Shown: positions 59,903 to 64,000 of the stretch, piece after piece
Layout of the letters: each line of letters opens with the position of its first letter
Numbering within the stretch: the stretch's first letter is position 1
From: an uncultured Pseudomonadota bacterium
GTDB taxonomy: Bacteria; Pseudomonadota; Alphaproteobacteria; Rhizobiales; Beijerinckiaceae
Direction: 5' to 3'
Assembly: GCA_963748385.1 (NCBI GenBank)
Contig: CAVVIQ010000013.1
Span: 95,908-159,907 of the forward strand
Length of the DNA stretch: 64,000 nt
Notes under the pieces: generated by a model
The model's input: the letters and a program-made list of their open reading frames with translations, nothing else
Databases searched by the model: none
Told to the model about the DNA's origin: nothing
Program-made: the position numbers and the translations under genes

Positions 59903-60730
59903 ATGCGTTTCAAGGTGCGCCACGAGACCCGTTATTCCTGATTCCGCGCCTGTCGCGCTCGCGCCGCATATCCTGCGGCTTCGCCGAGGCCAGAGGGCGT
60001 CGCCATCGTCGCGCAAAGCGTTCGGATCGAGCCGAATCCGGTCCGGCGCGACGATATGCTGCACTTCCTTCGGCAATCCGGTGATCAGGCGTCTTTTGCC
60101 GGGACGACGCAGGATTTCGTCATCGTCAGCGAATTCGAGGTCGAGACCCTGCCGCCTTCCGCGCCCGGCGCGCGCCCTGCCGCCGCTGCCATGGCAAAGC
60201 CGGATCGGACGACTTCCTTGTCTTTCGCGGCGGCGAGGTTCACCCCGACGTTTCGGCCTTCGCGGCGGAGATTCGCGGCGCAGCACGGCTGGCGCGGCGC
60301 CGTGCTTTCCTCGACGACCTCACCCGAACCCTGTTCGCCCGCACCAATCGGCGCATTCGCGTCGATGGCTACGCCCGGCCGCCCGAGGAGACGCTGGAAA
60401 ATGCGGAAGTGCGCCTGTCGCGACCGTCGTGCTGTTCATCGCCGCGGCGCGCAGCCAGGGGCTCGCCGCGCGTTTCGTCAGCGGCTACCAGGCCGAGGCC
60501 GATACGCCGGACGGCCGTCGCCACCTCCACGCCTGGCCGGAAGTGTTCTTGCCCGGAATTGGCTGGCGCGGCTACGATCCGACCCAGGGCGTGCCGGTGA
60601 CGGACGGCCACGTGGCGACTCGCGCCGCGCCCGCCAGCTCGCGACGATCCGATCGAAGGCGGCTATTATCTGGTGGACGGGCTTTCGCCTCGACCCTGAG
60701 CTACGAGGTTCGGATCGAGACCGGAGCATC
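59903..60730 (+). CDS. Transglutaminase-like domain protein (heavily frameshifted; error or pseudogene)
   Basis: Fragments MRFKVRHETRYS, PHILRLR, C-R-D (about 60418), ARFVSGY, HLHAWPEVFLPGIGWRGYDPT. The 3' end is approximate. Confidence 0.75.
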
Positions 60731-61669
60731 GAATTCTTTCGCCGGCGCCGCGCCGGTGCGGCGCAAAAGCAGCGTGGCCCAGCCTTCGATGTCGCGCCGC
60801 CGCCACAGCGAAAACCCTTGCGCGCGATAAGCGGTCAGCACGCCGGGAACGTCGCGCGCCAGCAAGCCGGAGAGAACGATCTCGGCCCCGGGCGCGGCGA
60901 TCCGCGCCAGCGAGGGCGCGAGGCGGCGCAAGGGCTTTGCGAGAATATTGGCGAGGATGAGGTCGTAAGCGCTGGGGCGGTCGAGCGCGGGATGGTCCAC
61001 GCCTTTGGCGATCACCGGCCGCAGCCAGGGGGCCGCGCCGTTGAGCAAGGCGTTGGCGCGCGTCGCGGCGACGGCGGCGGCGTCGATGTCGCCGGCCGCG
61101 ACTTTCTTGCGCAAGGCTCGGGCCAAAGCGAGCGAAAGAACGCCGGTGCCGCAGCCGACGTCGATGACAGCGCGCGGGCGCCGGCGCTTGAGAATGTCGT
61201 CGATGAACAGCAGGCAGCCGCGGGTGGTGCCGTGATGGCCGGTGCCGAAAGCCAGAGCCGCCTCGATCTCCAGCCCGATGTCATTGCTTTTCACCCGGTC
61301 GCGGTCATGCGCGCCATGGACCAGAAACCGTCCGGCGCGCACGGCGGAAAGGCCCTCCAGCGCGGCGGCGACCCAATCCTTCTGCTCGACCTGGCCGAAT
61401 TCAATTCTTTGCGCCAGCTCCTCGCCGACCGCCGCCGCGACCAGGGCGCGGACATTTTCCTCGTCCGGCGCGCGGCCGAAATAGATTTCGACCATCCAGG
61501 GCGTGGCGGCCCAGCTCGCGGTCGAGGATTTCTCCTCGAAGGCGGCGGCGGCGGTTTCGGCGGGGTCGAACGTCTCGACCACGAGATCGGCGACGGCGCG
61601 CGCCTGATCCTCGGAGCAGCGCAGGCGCAGGACGAAAGCGGCGTTGTTGGGCGGCAATCCTTCGAGCAT
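60701..61669 (-). CDS. prmA: Ribosomal protein L11 methyltransferase
   Basis: QKDWVA, AFGTGHHGTT, DVGCGTGVL, ANILAKPL, LSGLL. Confidence 0.94.
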   Translation of the reverse strand: MLEGLPPNNAAFVLRLRCSEDQARAVADLVVETFDPAETAAAAFEEKSSTASWAATPWMVEIYFGRAPDEENVRALVAAAVGEELAQRIEFGQVEQKDWVAAALEGLSAVRAGRFLVHGAHDRDRVKSNDIGLEIEAALAFGTGHHGTTRGCLLFIDDILKRRRPRAVIDVGCGTGVLSLALARALRKKVAAGDIDAAAVAATRANALLNGAAPWLRPVIAKGVDHPALDRPSAYDLILANILAKPLRRLAPSLARIAAPGAEIVLSGLLARDVPGVLTAYRAQGFSLWRRRDIEGWATLLLRRTGAAPAKEFDAPVSIRTS

Positions 61670-61721
61670 GGGGCCGAGGTAACATGAGGCGCGCGGCAAG
61701 TCGATCCGCTGTTTTTTGCTG

Positions 61722-61750
61722 TTGACATGACAGCTGCGCGAACGCATAAG
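61722..61750 (+). promoter_or_regulatory. Sigma70 promoter of tRNA-Tyr
   Basis: TTGACA-N17-CATAAG. Confidence 0.6.
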
Positions 61751-61813
61751 CGGGCCAACGAGGGGCCCCGTCGCACGGGGCTTTTTCGTCGCCGGAAAGG
61801 TGATTTCCGGCCG

Positions 61814-61898
61814 GGGAGAGTGTCCCGAGCGGCAAAGGGGGCGGACTGTAAATCCGCTGGCTAAGCCTTCGTAGGTTCGAGTCCTACCTCTCCCACCA
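61814..61898 (+). tRNA. tRNA-Tyr(GTA)
   Basis: GGGAGAG/CTCTCCC acceptor, anticodon arm GCGGA-CTGTAAA-TCCGC, long variable arm and CCA end. Confidence 0.97.
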
Positions 61899-62217
61899 AA
61901 ACACCCTAAAATATAATGACAAATCAATATGTTATAACGGGGTAAGCGAGGCCTATCCCCGCATCAACCCGTTTTTTGTCTGGTGATCGCCAAGCTCCAG
62001 CTATTGCCAGAGGCAATTGCGACTTTCCGAAATCGGCGGGGAACGGAAGACACCCAACGCCGCCACTGAGGGTTGCTGAGCGCCAATATGCGGGAATAAG
62101 CGGAGACCCATTGCCGATTTTGCACACACCAATTCATTGCGTCTGCGGCGAACTGATGGTCTATTCGGTCGATATTGGACGCGCTGAAACGACCTTGGTT
62201 CTTTGGCGGAGCAAAAC

Positions 62218-62748
62218 ATGGAAGTCAAAGGCGCCACCCTTTTATACACATTGGCTGGACTGATGATCACGTTCGCGGGGTTCTCGTCGCTCTTGTTGGT
62301 TCTCCGACAGGCCGCTGGAGCGAGGGTGTCGCTGCTTGACAGATACCTTGCAAAAACGGTCATGACGTACATTTTCGTATTGACGGCGGCAGCGCTGCTG
62401 CCGGCGATATTTGCGCTCTATGACATTGGGGAAATGTGGATTTGGCGAGGCTCTGGTGTGCTTTTCGCCCTACCGATGCTGTCTCTTCAGGTCACCTATC
62501 CGCGCCGTCGCCGCAAGGCGGTCGGCCAAGGACCGCCGCCCGTAATATTCGCGGTCTTTGTTGTGTTCGGCTCCGCTGTGACACTGGCGATGCTTGGCTA
62601 CATTATAGCTGGCCTGCAATACAGCGCCGCAGCCTACATCACCGCGTTGACGATCGACTTCTTTACAGTCATTTTCGGCTTCGTGAACGCGCTCGATATT
62701 ATTATGCTTCAGCCGATGGAAGTGTCGGAGCGACCAGCGCCGCACTAG
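62218..62748 (+). CDS. Integral membrane hypothetical protein (about 5-6 TM)
   Basis: GGAG RBS 7 nt upstream of the ATG, several hydrophobic helices, visibly AT-richer codon use. Confidence 0.7.
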   Translation: MEVKGATLLYTLAGLMITFAGFSSLLLVLRQAAGARVSLLDRYLAKTVMTYIFVLTAAALLPAIFALYDIGEMWIWRGSGVLFALPMLSLQVTYPRRRRKAVGQGPPPVIFAVFVVFGSAVTLAMLGYIIAGLQYSAAAYITALTIDFFTVIFGFVNALDIIMLQPMEVSERPAPH

Positions 62749-63146
62749 CTCCGTGTCTTGCCCAGCGCGATGGCCGCTAAGGGCTCATGATGAGACGCTC
62801 ACGGACTCGATCGGGATGGGCGGCTTCGAGCCGAATGCGGAAGGTCGCCGCTGCGCACTTTGGGAGAGTTGAAAAATCATCTTGAGTTGGAGGCCATCGC
62901 GAGTGAAGGCGTACAAAAATGGCGCCGTGGTGAAGGGCGCGCGCGTCTGCCGCTGATGACGGACAGGAGAGGCCGGCGGGAAGGCGGCCTTTCTTTCACG
63001 AGCGTTTCGATGGGCCTTCCTTGCGGCAAAACCGGAGCCGGTAGCAAAAGGCCTGGATTTCCGCGGCGGCAAGTCCCGAAAGCCAAGAGACGCGGCAAAA
63101 ATGCGTCGCTCCTGTCGGTGGAGCGTCTGAATCTGCGAGGCGGAAG

Positions 63147-63845
63147 TCACGCGCCTTCTGCGCCGACGCCGCGCACGAAAAGGCTGATCGCGGCGGCCCG
63201 GCGCTGTTCCAGGCTTTCGGCGTCGAGTTCCACGCCATAAAGCGCGGCCCGCGATGCGGGGCCGATAATCAGGTTGAGGAACAATTCGGCGGCGAGGTTT
63301 GCGTCGGGGATAAGCAGGCCCTGGCGATTATTGAAGGCGCGCAGGATGCTGGCGACGGCGTCCACGGCGCGTAGCCAGCCCTGTTCATAGGCATATTGGG
63401 CGAGTTCAGGGGATTGCGCCTTCTGGGCGGCGATGACGCGATGCAGCGCCGCCGCGCCGGGCCTCAGCGTCTGACGGAGCATGGCGCGGCTCAGTCCATC
63501 CAGCGCCTCCGCCAGATCGCTTGATTGGACGCCGCTCTGCTGCGCCTCCGCCACCTGCGCGAGCGGCAGCAGCCATTCGTTGATGCGCGCGGTCAGGACC
63601 GCCTCGAACAGCTCCCTTTTGTCCCTGTAGCGATGGTAGAGCGTCGGTTTGCCCACGCCAGCCGCCTCCGCGACCGCGTCCATGGTCGCGCCCTCATAGC
63701 CAAGCTCCATGAAAAGCCGGGTCGCTACTTCGAGCAGACGGGCGTCGCGGCGGACGGCCGCCTCGCGCGTGGGGCGACCGCCGCGCCGCACGGCGGCCTC
63801 GCGATGGGCGACGTCAGTTTCCAAACTCCAAACTCCTTGCGCCAT
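63147..63845 (-). CDS. TetR/AcrR-family transcriptional regulator
   Basis: GGRPT, GYEGATMDAVAEAAGVGKPTLYHRYRDKRELF HTH; C-terminal AAAISLFVRG. Confidence 0.92.
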   Translation of the reverse strand: MAQGVWSLETDVAHREAAVRRGGRPTREAAVRRDARLLEVATRLFMELGYEGATMDAVAEAAGVGKPTLYHRYRDKRELFEAVLTARINEWLLPLAQVAEAQQSGVQSSDLAEALDGLSRAMLRQTLRPGAAALHRVIAAQKAQSPELAQYAYEQGWLRAVDAVASILRAFNNRQGLLIPDANLAAELFLNLIIGPASRAALYGVELDAESLEQRRAAAISLFVRGVGAEGA

Positions 63846-63863
63846 CGGCCTGCATGAATTAAT

Positions 63864-63885
63864 TTAACCGAACTGTTTCGTTTTA
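63864..63885. promoter_or_regulatory. Putative TetR operator
   Basis: Imperfect palindrome AAcCGAA-CTGT-TTCGtTT just upstream of the TetR start. Confidence 0.45.
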
Positions 63886-63901
63886 TTCAAGGCCCTTCAT
63901 C

Positions 63902-64000
63902 ATGGACGCTCGCCGCGCCGAGAAATTCGCGGACGCCCCCCTTGCGCCAAACCCGGCCGCCAACGGCAAGGCTTCGCCTCGGGATGACAAGCTCTCCTCC
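63902..64000 (+). CDS. Possible 5' end of a gene divergent from TetR (truncated by the window)
   Basis: ATG at 63902 with an open frame to the window end. The divergent layout is typical of TetR targets, but no product can be assigned. Confidence 0.3.
   Translation, partial: MDARRAEKFADAPLAPNPAANGKASPRDDKLSS

Noticed and set aside
62785-63240. ORFs 62785-63150, 62860-63240 and 62877-63098
   Set aside because: They have no recognisable domain or RBS, overlap hairpins and the TetR 3' end, and are likely non-coding remnant.

Overview
This is a GC-rich chromosomal window from an alphaproteobacterium of the Rhizobiales/Hyphomicrobiales type. That assignment is inferred from gene order and protein style; a Rhodoblastus/Beijerinckiaceae-like organism is plausible but not proven. 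0-26.7 kb is a conserved core block: tRNA-Leu, tig, clpP, clpX, lon, HU, tRNA-Val, a secreted ClpP-fold protein, tRNA-Asp, nuoA-N (with an extra 70-aa membrane ORF between nuoD and nuoE), birA, RNase J and methylmalonyl-CoA epimerase. Next come an orphan TAXI receptor and nrdR-ribD-ribE with no ribH/nusB. 30.5-41.5 kb is an accessory block: a ThDP-enzyme plus ketopantoate-reductase-like pair, cardiolipin synthase, and a stand-alone green-type Form IAq Rubisco module (cbbR divergent from cbbLSQO). The remainder holds an MDR oxidoreductase, a Tat-type DsbA-like protein, an RMD1-family protein, an MsbA-like ABC transporter, a PaaI thioesterase, rplM-rpsI, argC, phaC, an aminotransferase, an AT-richer lipoprotein/AhpD-like islet, an MCP, a poly-C tract, hisI, folE, aminopeptidase P, a transglutaminase-like gene, prmA, tRNA-Tyr, an AT-richer islet and a TetR regulator. 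From about 20 kb onward many genes, including essential ones, carry single-base indels that are most simply explained as sequencing or assembly errors. No CRISPR array, rRNA, integrase or transposase was seen.
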